A stretch of DNA of 64,000 nucleotides from Eledone cirrhosa (GCA_964016885.1 OZ024748.1:25048001-25112000), one strand, 5' to 3'. Positions 25,626-38,685 are shown, numbered from the stretch's first letter. Numbers and translations are program-made. Notes: generated from the sequence alone by a model not told the origin.

Positions 25626-26399
25626 AAGAATCTTTTGTAAATATACTTATATAAGTAGAATGAGAAAAAACTAATATTTACGTTGTATCGAGTTATGTAT
25701 GACAATGATATTGAAGCAAGGAGGGACATCCTGACATTTAACGAGTAGAGAAGTTGATGGTGAAAATATGTTGGTGTTGCCACAAAGTTACATTAAAGTT
25801 AACTTTATTTCAGTTTTAATGTCAGTTCCCACACCAGATTTATTAATGACCGCTTCTTAGATAACAATGCTTTTTTTAAACTCGCCTACATTTCACTTTC
25901 ACACTTCTCTATATATTTTCATCTATATTACTGTTTGGCAAGCTAAGGGACTCCATTTAAAATGAAAAAATAAAAATGACCTTAAACAATGAAAAAAGTC
26001 AAAAGTGTCATATTTAAGTGAGTTTACATAGATGTCATAGAAATGTTGAGGGAACTACTAACGGACGTGCTTTCAAGTGAAGAGGTTAGCAACAAGAGTG
26101 AGAAAGGAAGGAAAAGAAAATGAAATATTATGTTAACACCATGATAAAATCTCTGCAGCCTCTTTCGTTCTTTTCCTTACTGATATTTCACAAATATATG
26201 TGCATTTCTTTTCTTTATTTCATTTAAGTCTTCCGAAAGGAAGGCAACATTCGGTAATAGTGTTTATATAAATTCCAAATATATTAGATGGAAATAAACG
26301 AGAGAAAATATATGCACACCTAAAAGCTAAACAAATGTTTTTCACTTTTACAGTAGATTTCAAAATAGACGCAGCATCGCTAAATGGGTAAAAATACAC

Positions 26400-26640
26400 T
26401 CTGCAATCATTAAGTGCGGGGTTCATTCCTACTGCATGGTATCTTGGGAAGATGTCATTTAACCATAGCCTTTAATCGTTCCATGCCTTGTGAGTGAAAC
26501 TGAGTAGACAGAAACTGCATAGAAGCCCGTCAAATGAACTGTACCGCTAAATCTCACAGCTACCTAGACGTTAATTTCATGAGCTGGCTGTTCCGTTGAT
26601 CAAGCAACTGGAACACTCGTCATCGAAACCAACGGAGATC
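26400..26640 (+). mobile_element. tRNA-derived SINE family 2 copy
   Basis: GGTTCA..CC.ACTGCATGG.ATCTTGGG..A.ATGTCATTT..CCATAGCC...GCCTTGTGAGTG. Homologs at 3947-4030, 47708-48010, 56278-56430 (-) and 57985-58530. Confidence 0.7.
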
Positions 26641-27494
26641 CATCGATATTTCAATATTTCGAGTTAAAACCTAAAGTGACTTTCTTAAACTCCATGACTA
26701 TTTCACGATGTTTTATATACACTATACTATTCCGGTAACATTCAGTATTTACAAAAAGGTTTCTGATGGTTTTCAAACAATAACGTAATTTATTGAGATC
26801 ATATGAACAACATTAATTCTTGACATGCTTCCAGCAGATTATATTTGAAAAGTTCGTGTTATCTCTACACATAGGTCCTAATAATTGCAAATATCTTCAA
26901 AATCCAATATCTGCTGATATTGGATTTTCATATTCTTGCCTCTGGTGTTGTTGCTACTGTAATTGTTTAGTTAACTTCATGTCAGCTCTGATCGAGCAGA
27001 CGTGTGCTGAAAAGTGTTTAAGCCATTTAATCTTTTTTAACGTAACACTAGATGTATAGTATTTGCAAGGACACACTATCCAGCGATTTCTAGCCCTTTT
27101 TCAGGCGGTAGGGAGTGATTTGAGGGAGATTTGATAACTATGTCTAGGAGGTCAAACAACCATGTTGGGGCAATACAACATTCATATAAAATAACTTCAA
27201 TAATATACAGTCATATTCTGAAGTATTCGGTGAAGATATTACTGAAGAAATCCACCACCATTTCCCGTTTTTAAAGCAGCATTATGTACATATATTCAGA
27301 TCGTAGGGTATTTTAAACTTTCAATTTGACAATATATCCTACTCCTTTATCTTGAAATTTCTTTATCATTAAATATTTAATCCGTTTCTTTAGGTTCGCA
27401 GTTTAAAGCTGATTCAACGAGCTTCTATCTATTGTTGTAGATATATTATTTCAATTTCAATTTGAGATTTCAATGTGGGTTTACATTAGATTGT

Positions 27495-27725
27495 CTCAGC
27501 CAATCAGCTTATCAGTCTCGCTGAGCCACTTACAGCTCACCAGTCTAACTGAACTAATCACTGCTCACCAGTCTAACTGAGCCAATCACTGTTCACTAGT
27601 CTCACTGAGCCAATCACAGCTCACTAGTCTAACTGAGCCAATCACTGTTCACTAGTCTCACTGAGCCAATCACAACTCACCAGTTTAACTGAGCCAACCA
27701 TAGCTCACCAGTTTCACTGAATCAA
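27495..27725. repeat. 28-bp tandem repeat carrying AGCCAATCA (CCAAT/NF-Y-type) motifs
   Basis: Unit CTGAGCCAATCACAGCTCACTAGTCTAA, about 7 copies. GAGC at 27607, 27635, 27663. Confidence 0.85.
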
Positions 27726-27830
27726 TTACATATTTGCGCAGTTTATCAGTATAAAGATAAACCAGACTGGTATTGCTCGCCAAGTTGTACAAAAATAAAA
27801 AAAATTTTAGATTATATGATTTCATAAAAT

Positions 27831-28050
27831 AATGGTTTCTTATGTAGGCACAAGGCCAGCAATTTTGGGGGGAGGGAAAAGTCGATGAGATCGACCCCAG
27901 TGCGCGACTGGTACTTTATTTTATCGACCCCGTAAGGATGAAAGACAAAGTTAACCTCGGCGAGATTTGAACTCAGATCATAAAGGGCCGTAACTCTATG
28001 CGGCAAAGCATGGCATCCGACCCTCTACCGATATTGCCAATCCACCGCCC
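27831..28050 (-). mobile_element. SINE family 1 copy
   Basis: Reverse complement of the family-1 core and A/B boxes. Confidence 0.85.
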
Positions 28051-29389
28051 TATGATTTCATAAAATAATAATAGTAACTTAAAACGAATGCACCAAAATT
28101 GTTGGCAACTATTAAACTGAATTTTTATTGAGATAAAAAAAACTTCTATGTTGTTATTTTTGTTGATTAACATCCTGCGTTCATTTCCGTTACCCTTCGT
28201 TTTCCAAACAACAAGAAAATTCCAAACATTTATCTTTGGCATCAGAATTGTAAGACAAGTTCCACTAACGAATAGCAATAGGTTTTTCTTATGACGTAAT
28301 GAAATATCCTACAGACTTTATGAACAATTACTAAAGGTATCTTATAACAATTGCGTTTTAGATATACCGGACACTCAGAAGCTCAGCTGGTTTGCAAAAA
28401 AAGAAAGGAAAAATCTCAAATAAAGAAATCTGAGCTTACTGCTAAAATAAGAAATTACTAATTCTGCGTACATGTTAGCCACAATGTAACAAGAACTGCA
28501 CTGAAAGAAGTGAAACACCGAAACATCACGGCTGCAACTCAACTATATAATGTTTTACACGTGAGAAGCTTCAAGAAAAAACATTATACTTTTCTATTCC
28601 TTTTCCTATAAAATAATTTATATAAATCTTAATTCCTTCTTGATACCAATAACAGAGCTAGTAATTCTTAGAAAAAAAGAATGGCAAAGAATCTTGTCAT
28701 ATTTTGTCAAGTTCTTCAAGGAATTGGCAAAGTTGTTAGAGCGTAGGAAAAAATGCCTTGCGGTATTTGTTCCCAGTTACTGCGTCCTAAGTTCATATCC
28801 TGATGGGGGTCGACTTTTCCTTTTATCGTTTTGGGATTAACAAAATAAAATACCAGACCAGCGCCAGCGGAGATGTTTTCTGCTAATTGTTGTTGTTGTT
28901 GTTGTTATTTTTACGTTCTGAGTTTTTGCGTGGTAAATTTAATCCGTCACCCACATGATCCTTCAATACCATTAGCAGACTTCACTATATTGCGAGCATC
29001 AGGACCAGGTCTCCGTATAGGCCCCCAGTTTGAGGACAATTTCTTCTGGGTTTTTTCCATCAGTCTTGGAGTCTCTAAAACAGTAAAGGGGTCTCTAAAA
29101 CAGCTGCTTTTCCTATTCCTGCGTAACTAAACGATGGTACAAAAAAATTCTGCCCTTCATTCATGCAAGGTCGATAAAATAATTTGCAGTGAAGTAATGA
29201 AAGTTGATTTAATCTATATTTCCAACCATCAAAATATGTAGACATAGCGCTAGTGTTAAATATTTTGATTTTAGTTCTGTTCGACTATTATTTTTAATGA
29301 TGTTTTAAAATAGTATTTTAATTGCATTTTGACAGTATATATACATACATAAATGCATACATACATAAATGCATACATACATACATACA

Positions 29390-29423
<34 letters not shown>

Positions 29424-29627
29424 CACACACATTAGATAGCTGAGTTAATTTCATATTGAAATTTATCGTCTCCTCACTCAAGATGAGTTAGTTTACTGAC
29501 ATGTCAAGCTGTCTTATTTTCTAAACACCAACACTACCGACATTCCCTTTATGTAACATGTAGCTAAATCCTAATTGTTGATTGATTCAATCCTCCTTAA
29601 TATCTTCTCCTCGCTCGATGAAATATA

Positions 29628-29693
<66 letters not shown>

Positions 29694-29698
29694 ATGTA

Positions 29699-29950
29699 GG
29701 CGCGAGGCTGAGTGGTTAGAGAATTGGATTCGCAATCGTGAGATTGTGAGTTCGTTCCCAGAAGATTCCGGGTGATGCGTTATGTCCTTGAGCAAGACAT
29801 TTTATTTCACGTTGCTCCTTCCGCATGGAGTTGCGACCGACATATAGTATTAGCAATTGGGAAGACCTGTGGAAACATTGTTTCCTCGGTCCCATTTGAC
29901 AAGTTCCACCTCACTCGTTAAGCGAATGAGGTCTGGGATCTTGTAGATCG
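29699..29950 (+). mobile_element. SINE family 3 copy
   Basis: Homologous to 1826-2065. Confidence 0.75.
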
Positions 29951-29990
29951 ACTATCGATATATATATGTATATATATATATATATATATC

Positions 29991-30307
29991 AGTTTAGGAA
30001 TAACCAAAGAGTGCTTAGAAATACATTGTTTTATTTACTAACAGTGTTTCATCCATACCCCAGGACAGGAATCATCGGAGCTTATAAACAAAAATATATA
30101 TCAAAGGTTGCAGGCTCCATCGAGCTCTGTCACCTGAACAAGGATAAAGGACAAATAGGGGGTCCCAAGGCCAGCGTTGCATAGAATAACACATAATACA
30201 TGATACATATAATGTTATAAAAAATTACATTAAAAGTTTATCACGGATGAAACACGGTTAGCTAATAAAACAATGTATCTCTAAGCACTCTTTGGTTATT
30301 CCTAAAT
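29991..30307. mobile_element. Inverted-repeat-bounded Penelope pLTR-like element
   Basis: ~63-bp inverted repeats (29993-30054 / 30245-30307) overlapping a hammerhead-like core. Confidence 0.6.
30037..30081 (-). ncRNA. Hammerhead-like motif (CCGAUGA core, U4C)
   Basis: GCU-CCGAUGA-U-UCC[13 nt]GGA-U-GAAA-CACUG-UU-AGU. Confidence 0.5.
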
Positions 30308-30539
30308 TTATAACGGCTCTGTAGTATACTAGTTATCCTACATTGAGCTAAAACCACACTGTCATACCAAGGGCAATATATCTGCGTGTGTGTGCACATT
30401 AATATACTTGTCAACGAAAATATATAAAAGTTTGGTGGTTCACCACTGGATAGAACTGGTCATTCCGTATAGTCATTTTACTCAATATATATATATATTG
30501 ATGTATTTGGGTTGGAGAGGGTGATGTTGTCCTAATATT

Positions 30540-30725
30540 TGTTTCTACTTTAGGCACAAGGCCAGCAATTACCCAGTTCATTACTGGTACTTTATTTTAT
30601 CGACCCCGTAAGGATGAAAGGCAAAGTCAACCTCGGCGGGGTTTGAACTCAGGTCGTAAAGGGAACTAACTATGCTGGAAAGCATGGCGTCCGACCCTCT
30701 ACCGATATTGCCAATCCACCGCCTA
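30540..30725 (-). mobile_element. SINE family 1 copy
   Basis: Reverse complement of the family-1 consensus. Confidence 0.85.
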
Positions 30726-31162
30726 ATTTTGTCCTAATATTGCCAATCCACCGCCTAATGTTGTCCTAATATTGCTAGAAAAACAGTAAAACACACTCAC
30801 TGCTTGGTTTAGCTTTCGTTTCAGTATATATTTATATTTTTATAAATAATTTACCTGGTAATCAATGTTTATCATGGATGGACCAACAGTTAAAAATATA
30901 AATAAAAACATCCCCAAATATAACAATATCTGTTTCAACTCACGATTTCATATCAAAAACAAATACATCACCTCTCTCTATATATATTTAGAGTGAGAGA
31001 GAGTAAAGAGGTATACTGTGTAAATGTGCAATAAATGTACGCAATGAGAACTTAATCATGTTAAATCGTAAAATTTTACTTGTTTACATGTCAATATATA
31101 CATTTACATACTAACTATATACAGATAACAAATATATCGTATACTTCGGCTGCTAAGTGTAC

Positions 31163-31221
<59 letters not shown>

Positions 31222-31654
31222 CTTATATATAATAGTGTTGTAGTTTGCTTAAAGTATATATATATATAGATAAAATATACTATATTACATAATATACATA
31301 TTATAACGTGTAAACTGTATGTATATATATATAACTATATATATATATATATATGTAGGAGGTGAGTTTTATTGTAGTACAATAAAGCAAAGCAGATATC
31401 GGATAAGAAGCACTCTACAGTTTGTAGGACTGGAGTATACATAATATATATAATATATAAGATCAAAACATCAATCTAAAACTACTTTTCATATGTGATT
31501 TAAAACTGCACTATCCACAAGTGTTTTTTAACCTTCATATCATGTCTTCCTATTTTATCTGATGAAAACACATATTATTGCATGATGATATTTGTTTTTG
31601 AAATGCGCATAATAAAATACATGGAACTCTTTTAACCATCTTTTGATCTTATAT

Positions 31655-31696
<42 letters not shown>

Positions 31697-31732
31697 GTTT
31701 ACATGTTATAATATGTATATTATGTAATATAG

Positions 31733-31876
<144 letters not shown>

Positions 31877-32159
31877 ATGTAAGTACCCAAGAGAGACAGG
31901 GCAATAACATCCGAGTTAACAAAAAAGTATTATTTTTGTTGCCAAATCTAGCTACTAGCTGTTGGTAATGTTGAAACCTGTAAGTTGTTACATTAAGAAA
32001 GAAAGATGGTTTGGAGGAGAAGTGTATTCTAATCTCCCGAGAACGAAACAGTGCACTATTCGCAACTATTTCAGTAGTATGTATGTATGTATGTATGTAT
32101 GTATGTATGTATGTATGTATGTATGTATGTATGTATGTATGTATGTATGTATGTATGTA

Positions 32160-32475
32160 TCTGCAGATTTCTAATTAGTTCTGCATAAATATTCTCCTTT
32201 TCGCTAATCTTTAATATTACACTGGCATCTGCTGGGCAGCTAATTTCCACTACTGTCCCATATCATTATATCTGGTCTGTTATGCCTGCATTTTATTGGG
32301 ATTTCTGACTGGAACATTCCACCATTGCTGTAACTTTTTATGTGTTTATTGTCGGGGCTATCTTTTCTACGGATTGCATTGTACGGTGTTTTGGCCACTA
32401 CGTCATGCCTCATAGGTGGATAGTACTGTGATGACATCTTTGGACAGCTGCTTATGACATGCTCGGATTTCGTCT
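32160..32475 (-). mobile_element. Fragment of R4/Dong-like LINE subfamily B (RLE region)
   Basis: MSSQYYPPMRHD...HNRPDIMIWD. Bounded on both sides by (TATG)n. Confidence 0.8.
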
Positions 32476-32520
32476 ATGTATGTATGTATGTATGTATGTA
32501 TGTATGTATGTATGTTTATG

Positions 32521-33123
32521 TCAGGTCACCAGTTGGTGCTACTGGTAACATGCATCCCAGTACAACCTGTCTCATGGTCGGGTCGTTGGCGACTAAACTG
32601 GCAACCCCATCAAGGTTTCTTGGTGAGGAGGGTGACTTTGGACATCCTGCAGGACTAAAAGCAAAACCTGTCAAAGGGCAAAGGAGCTCTTAAGAGTCAA
32701 TGGCCATCCAAAATCACCGGGAGAGATGACCCCTTAGCCTTTGTCAAGGCAGAATTCTAGGAGAAGGAAAACTCTGATATAACACCTGCAACTCTGATGG
32801 TATCCAATGATGTTGACTTATTCTTCTTTTTGGTAAATATCATCTTGGTTAAGAGAGTGGGACTGGCTTTGTGCATTGCCTCACTATAAAAGCTTCACGG
32901 CACAGGCATTGCTTTATATCTGGAGATCTCTCTGCACTTGTCGTCACATGGTACCATGGGCCCAGCACTATGTGTCAATAATTGTCACAAGTGTAGTGTT
33001 TGTACCAGAGTTTTCAAGTCGCTGGCTGGACTTAAAAGTCACACTCGTTCAGCGCATCGGTGGGGGTTCTCCTACATGGATATAAAGTAGTGTCCGTACT
33101 CGAAAACGAGTTGGCAGCCACCA
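32521..33123 (+). mobile_element. Short internally deleted RTE-like non-autonomous element with (TATG)n tail
   Basis: RTE-type 5'UTR motif CTAGGAGAAGGAAAACTCTGA. The 3' part encodes HKCSVCTRVFKSLAGLKSHTRSAH (C2H2). Near-identical copies at 51361-51915 and 53231-53785. Confidence 0.7.
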
Positions 33124-33194
33124 TGTATGTATGTATGTATGTATGTATGTATGTATGTATGTATGTATGTATGTATGTATGTATGTATGTATGT

Positions 33195-34885
33195 ATGTGT
33201 CGTCTGGTATCATTATTTTATAAATCTTTATAGTGAGCCGATTTCTAAGATAGACACAAGACTTTCATTTGAATTTAGACAACATCAATTAGGTAAATAC
33301 GTGTGTATGTTTGCATGCTCACGCACCTGTGTGTGTGCAGGTATGGATGTTATTGTACGTGTGGATCAGTATGTTTTGAGTTATATATGTATACATGCAT
33401 ATGTTTTGTATCTATACGTGTATATATGCAGTTATTACATGCAGGATTTTTGGAATGTTTTACATATTTTACACTTCCATTAATGGATTGTACTTGTAAG
33501 TTCCTAACTAGTCGCGTTCTTTCTGGTTCTGAGAAGCCCAGCTTGTCAAGATTTGTGCTAAAGAAATTAGTAAAATATCCCAGAGACCAAATGATCACAG
33601 GTATAAATCTGAAGGCATAGTGAGGGTGGAGTATCTGCAAATTCGTCATTAGTTTTGCATAGATGTTGTTTTCGCTTATCTTTAATATTGTATTGGCATC
33701 TGCTTGGCAGCTAACTTCCACTACTGTGTATGCCTTCTTTTCCCTGTGCCGTATCATTATATCTGGTCTGTTATGTTTGCATTTTATTGGGATTTTGACT
33801 GGAACATTCCACCAGTACTCTTTAACTTTATGTATGTATATGTCTTCCACATTGCTGTAACTTTCAATATGTTTATTGCCGGGGCTATCTTTCTACGGAT
33901 TGCATTGTATAGTGTATAGACATAGAGCTGCTTATGACATGGTTGACATCTTCGATGTTAATTCTGCAGAGTTTGCATGTATTGTCACATCTATGTGTTT
34001 TTCCTGCATACCTATCTCTTTTGTGCATCAGGTATTTTGTATTGATTTCCTGCTCTTGGATTGCAAAAGCATATCCTTCAAAGTGAGAGCCAATATAGCA
34101 GTTGTTGGTCCAAAATAGACTACATTGTTTATCTATATTATTCTCATTTTGGAGCCTCCTGGCAACATATCCATGCATGATTTTCTGCCGAGAAGCATGC
34201 AGCTTTTCATCCTGGATTCACTGCGTTACTGCTGGGCAATTTTCCTGGGTGTGAGTTTTGATTATCATGCAGGGGGGGAATATTTCTCAAGGAGTTCCTT
34301 CCCAACTCTCATGATCATATCTGTCTCATATAGACATACTTTCTCAATAGATGTATTCCTACGCTTGGTGTTTCGTAGATGTCGGGGAGAAATGATGCGA
34401 CACTCAAATGCTGTCTGGACTGATGTTAGGTCTCTGCCTCCCTGTGTATGTTTCAGATAGAAGCAGTCTACGTCACTGTTGATGTGGAAATTTCCAGTGT
34501 TGTTTAGGATTTTTCGGACTTAAACTTCGATAGCTCTGGTTTCATATATCGTCCAGTCGAGTATTCCAAACGTTGGTGTTATGACAGGCACGGCAAACAC
34601 ATTGTGAGCCACTGTTTTATAAAATGTTTACAAATAGAGAGAGTCGGTTTCTAACATAGACACAAGACTCTCTCATTGGAATTTAAACATCAACTAGGTA
34701 GAAATGTCTGCATGTCTGCATGCATGCATGTGCGTGCAGGTATGGATGTTAATGTTTGTGTGGAGGTGTATGTTTTGAGTTATATGTGTGCATGTGTATA
34801 TGCTTTGTATCTGTACATGTGTATATGCAGTTATTAGATGCAACATTTTTGGAATGTTTCACATATTTTTACTGTTTCGTTAATG
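33195..34885 (-). mobile_element. Degenerate R4/Dong-like LINE subfamily B (post-RT, CCHC, RLE, 3'UTR) plus a second B tail at 34630-34885
   Basis: MHGY...HFEGYAFAIQEQEI..CKLC...H; HNRPDIMI..VVEVSC. Frameshifted. The 3'UTR ends at (CATA)n in element sense. Confidence 0.85.
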
Positions 34886-34889
34886 TTTT

Positions 34890-37335
34890 CTCTTTCTCTT
34901 AATTTCGAGTATATTTTTTTGACCGGCCACCTTCCTGGTGGCAAGGTTGTAAAAGAAAAGAAATTGTCATCCCTTGAATCGCAAGAATGTTTTGCAAATT
35001 TTGAAGGTGCCAGCTATCGCAGCCATTTGTAGACTATGAATTAGGGAGCTGCGCTTTTTGTCCACAAATCCAAGTTCAGTCATACTTTGGTCCAAGCGGG
35101 TTGGTATATAACCCGTAGCACCAATAATGATGGGTATGAAGCTAAAGGTGTATCTTGGATACTGGATTTGTAAACTCCTCATCAATGGTCCGTAGATGTC
35201 CTCCTTCTCCTGTATTTTTCTGACAACGTTTATATCAAGTGGGCAGCTGATCTCCACAACAGAACACGTTTTCAATGTATGGTCCCAAACTACAATATCA
35301 GGCCGGTTGTGCTTTAATTTGGTGGCAGTTTTTATTTTCAGGTTCCACCAGTATTCCTTAGTGCCATCTGTCTCAATATATTCTTCCTCGTTTGTTGTTA
35401 ATTTTGTTTTCCGAAGTGCGTTCCAGATGGTTCTAGCTATCCCATCGTGTCTCATGGGGAGGTAGTAGCGAGATGACATTCTTTCGCAGCTGGCAACAAT
35501 GTGGCTTACATCCTCGATCTTTGTTTTACATATCCTACATTTATTGTCAGCTGCTGGCCCTCCTCTTTTGTGCAGCAGATATTTGGTAGGGAGTTCTTGT
35601 TCCTGTATTGCATAGAGATATCCCTCAAGGTGTGATGTCATAAACTTGTCGGAACTCCATGCCAGGCTTTTTGAGTGGTTTATCCCCTCTATGGTCTGTG
35701 TTTTACGCCTCAAGTATCCATGCACAACTTTTTCTGTAAATTGGTCAATTTTTTAATCTTGTTTGAACATTGAATAGGATCTTCCGATTTCTCTGGGTGA
35801 GAGATTTATATCAGGCTTTATTCCATATCTCTCCTCCAGATCAGTCGCTATTCTAATGATATTTCTTTTTTCATGGTCATAAACCTGGGCAAGATGGTTG
35901 CCAACCTTTTTCCTCTGTTGAAGGTGTTGCTTCAGTGTCACTATCCGGGTCTCATATGTTGTTAATATTGATTTTAGACCCCGGCCACCTTCCTTGCGTG
36001 AGAAGTATAGCCTATCCACATCACCATTGATGTTAAAGTTCCCAGTAACACTGAGAAGTTTTCGAGTTCTAACATCCATCTCACTTAGTTCTTGCAATGA
36101 CCAGTTCAGTAGGCCAAATGTTGGCGTTAGAATTGGCACAGCATAAGTATTGTGGGCAATGTATTTGTTGTATGCTGACAGTTCTGATGACCATATTTTC
36201 TTTACTCTTCTGAGGTATTCAGTTCTGGTTCTCTCCTTATTTATGGGTCCATCATATCTGACATTCTCATCCTGTCCAAGATATCTGTAGTTGTCACCTG
36301 ACTGCAGAGGTTGTATTGTCAGGCCGTTCATCTCTAGATTTCTAGAGGAGGGCACAGCTCTTCCACGTTTTACTGCCAAATATGCACACTTGGACTCACC
36401 AAATTTCATTTTGATGCCGGTTGAAAATTGTGTAATGAGGTCCAATTGTTTCTTGATGTCATTGATATTTGGCCCATACAACTTCAGGTCATCAACAAAG
36501 AAAAGATGGGAGATACTTCTGGTCCCACTTCTTTGTCCACCTTGTTTCCTGAGTAGGTAAGATAGTGGATTCAGTGAGAGAACGAAGAGTAGCACTGACA
36601 AGCTATCACCCTGAAAGATGCCCTTCTGGTAATGTATCTTATCAGTCTTAACCTGCTCCTTCTCACCTCTAAGGATCAAACTGGTGTACCAGTTCTTGGT
36701 CAGGCGTTCAACAGCAGCTACCAATGGTTGTGGGACTTTAGCTAACTGTAAAACCTTAACAATCCACCCATGAGGTACACTATCAAATGCTTTTTGATAG
36801 TCCAGCCACACGACAGTCATGTTTCTGCGATTCTTTGTTGTTTTTTCCTGAATCATTTTGTTAGTTAGTAGGTGATCTATGCAACCCCACACCTCCCTCT
36901 TTCCACCAGCTTTCTCAGGTGTTATGATGTTGTTGGTAGCACAGTGATCCTGTAAGAAGAGGTTAAGGCACCCAGTATATAATTTATACATGATGTTTTG
37001 GCAGGCAATTGGGCGGTAATTTTTAGCAAGGGTGGTTTGGCTATTTTTGGGAATGAGGAGAGTAGAGGCAGTTGATAACCATCTGGGCAGTTCTTGTGTG
37101 CCCTTAATGGTTTCTGTAAACAGCCGTATGAGATCTTGCCGATAGAAAGTGAAATTCTTCAACCAGTATCCTGTAATGAGGTCTGGGCCTGGCGATTTCC
37201 TATTCGACATTTTCTGTAGAGTTGTTTCCAGTATTGACCCATCTATGTCATATTGTTTTGTCTGGACATGTTGGCAGTAGTCCTGTTCCAGTTCTTTTAG
37301 CCAATTAGCTTGTCTGTTGAATCCGTCATCCGTTT
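34890..37335 (-). mobile_element. 5'-truncated R4/Dong-like RLE non-LTR retrotransposon, subfamily A
   Basis: RT motifs YRPIAC, WLDYQKAFDSVPH, GIFQGDSLS, HLFFVDDLKLY, YRYLG; CCHC CRICKTKIEDVSHIVASC; RLE HNRPD..VVEISCP..EKEDIY. The 5' end abuts (CATA)n. Confidence 0.92.
34967..37333 (-). pseudogene. Reverse transcriptase-CCHC-RLE ORF with a single nonsense codon
   Basis: ORFs 35753-37210 and 34967-35725 are in the same frame. TAA at 35753-35755 is GAA in the second copy near 52326. The frame stays open upstream to the microsatellite. Confidence 0.88.
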
Positions 37336-37439
37336 GTATGTATGTATGTATGTATGTATGTATGTATGTATGTATGTATGTATGTATGTATGTATGTATG
37401 TATGTATGTATGTATGTATGTATGTAGGAATGTCACCTA

Positions 37440-37870
37440 GGAATGTCGCCCAGAACATAAACAAGTGAAGCGTCAGCTCCGGAAGTGTTATGCTCACAGT
37501 CTTGGTGAAGTCATCAGTAGTTGGACAAATTCTGTCAGCGTGTACCCCTCTCAAAAGCTGGTTATGTTAATCAACTGAAGTCACATGAAAGGAAAACCAA
37601 CTGCAACACCACCCAACAAAGACCTGGCGAAACAACGTGCGATATGCAAGAAAGTGTATAGAACTAGTTCCGGACTAAAGACACATGGTGGTACATAATG
37701 ATCCTGTGGAAAGCACAAGTCTCTTCTCTCATCTGTGTTGTAAACCATGCAGATCTCCAGCTGGCCTACCAAGTCACCCACGAAGTTATGGACGCAAATC
37801 GGATGATAACGAAGAATCAATAATAGACGGCAATCGTCTGTGAAGACGCTGCAATTCTCATGTATCTACG
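37440..37870 (+). mobile_element. Degenerate RTE-like LINE 3' end with several C2H2 remnants
   Basis: EHKQVKRQLRK, CKKVYRTSSGLKTH and CCKPCRSPAGL fragments. Follows (TATG)n and ends in a TATG/TACG-like tail. Confidence 0.5.
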
Positions 37871-38228
37871 TACGTACGTAGCTGGTGATATGATAACGAA
37901 TGCAAATTTATATTGATGAAGACGTATATATGAATCTGTACTCCCTGGCGGAGTGGGAAGGGCGCCCCTTATGACAAACGACGTGTATTCGGCACTTTAA
38001 ACCAAACGATTCTGAACATATCTTCCCGAGAGAAAGAGAGGGAGGAAGAATCGATCCCAATAGGGTACTGGATGAAAGTTGACCTTGGCGGGATTTGAAC
38101 TCAGACCACAGAAAGCCAGAACTAACAATGCAAAGCATTCATTTAGACATTCTAGCGATTCTGCCGATTCGCCACACATTATGCGAATACCAAAATTGGT
38201 ATGAACATTGTGGTAAAGATACAAGGTT

Positions 38229-38229
<1 letters not shown>

Positions 38230-38268
<39 letters not shown>

Positions 38269-38363
38269 ACACACACACACACATACACACACACACACAC
38301 ACCCACACATTTATGTATATATATATATACATATATACATACTTATACACACACACACACACT

Positions 38364-38395
<32 letters not shown>

Positions 38396-38482
38396 CATAT
38401 ATAAACTACCAAGTTTATATAGTTGTGAGATAACCATACACACACACACATTTATGTATATATATATACATATATACATACT

Positions 38483-38562
<80 letters not shown>

Positions 38563-38648
38563 TAAACTACCAAGTTTATATAGTTGTGAGATAACCATAC
38601 ACACACACACATTTATGTATATATATATATACATATATACATACTTAT

Positions 38649-38685
<37 letters not shown>

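Noticed and set aside
32540-32605. Canonical HDV-like or twister ribozyme in the RTE-like 5' region
   Set aside because: P2- and P4-like pairings are present, but P1 and the 7-nt L3 could not be fitted, and the twister core is absent.
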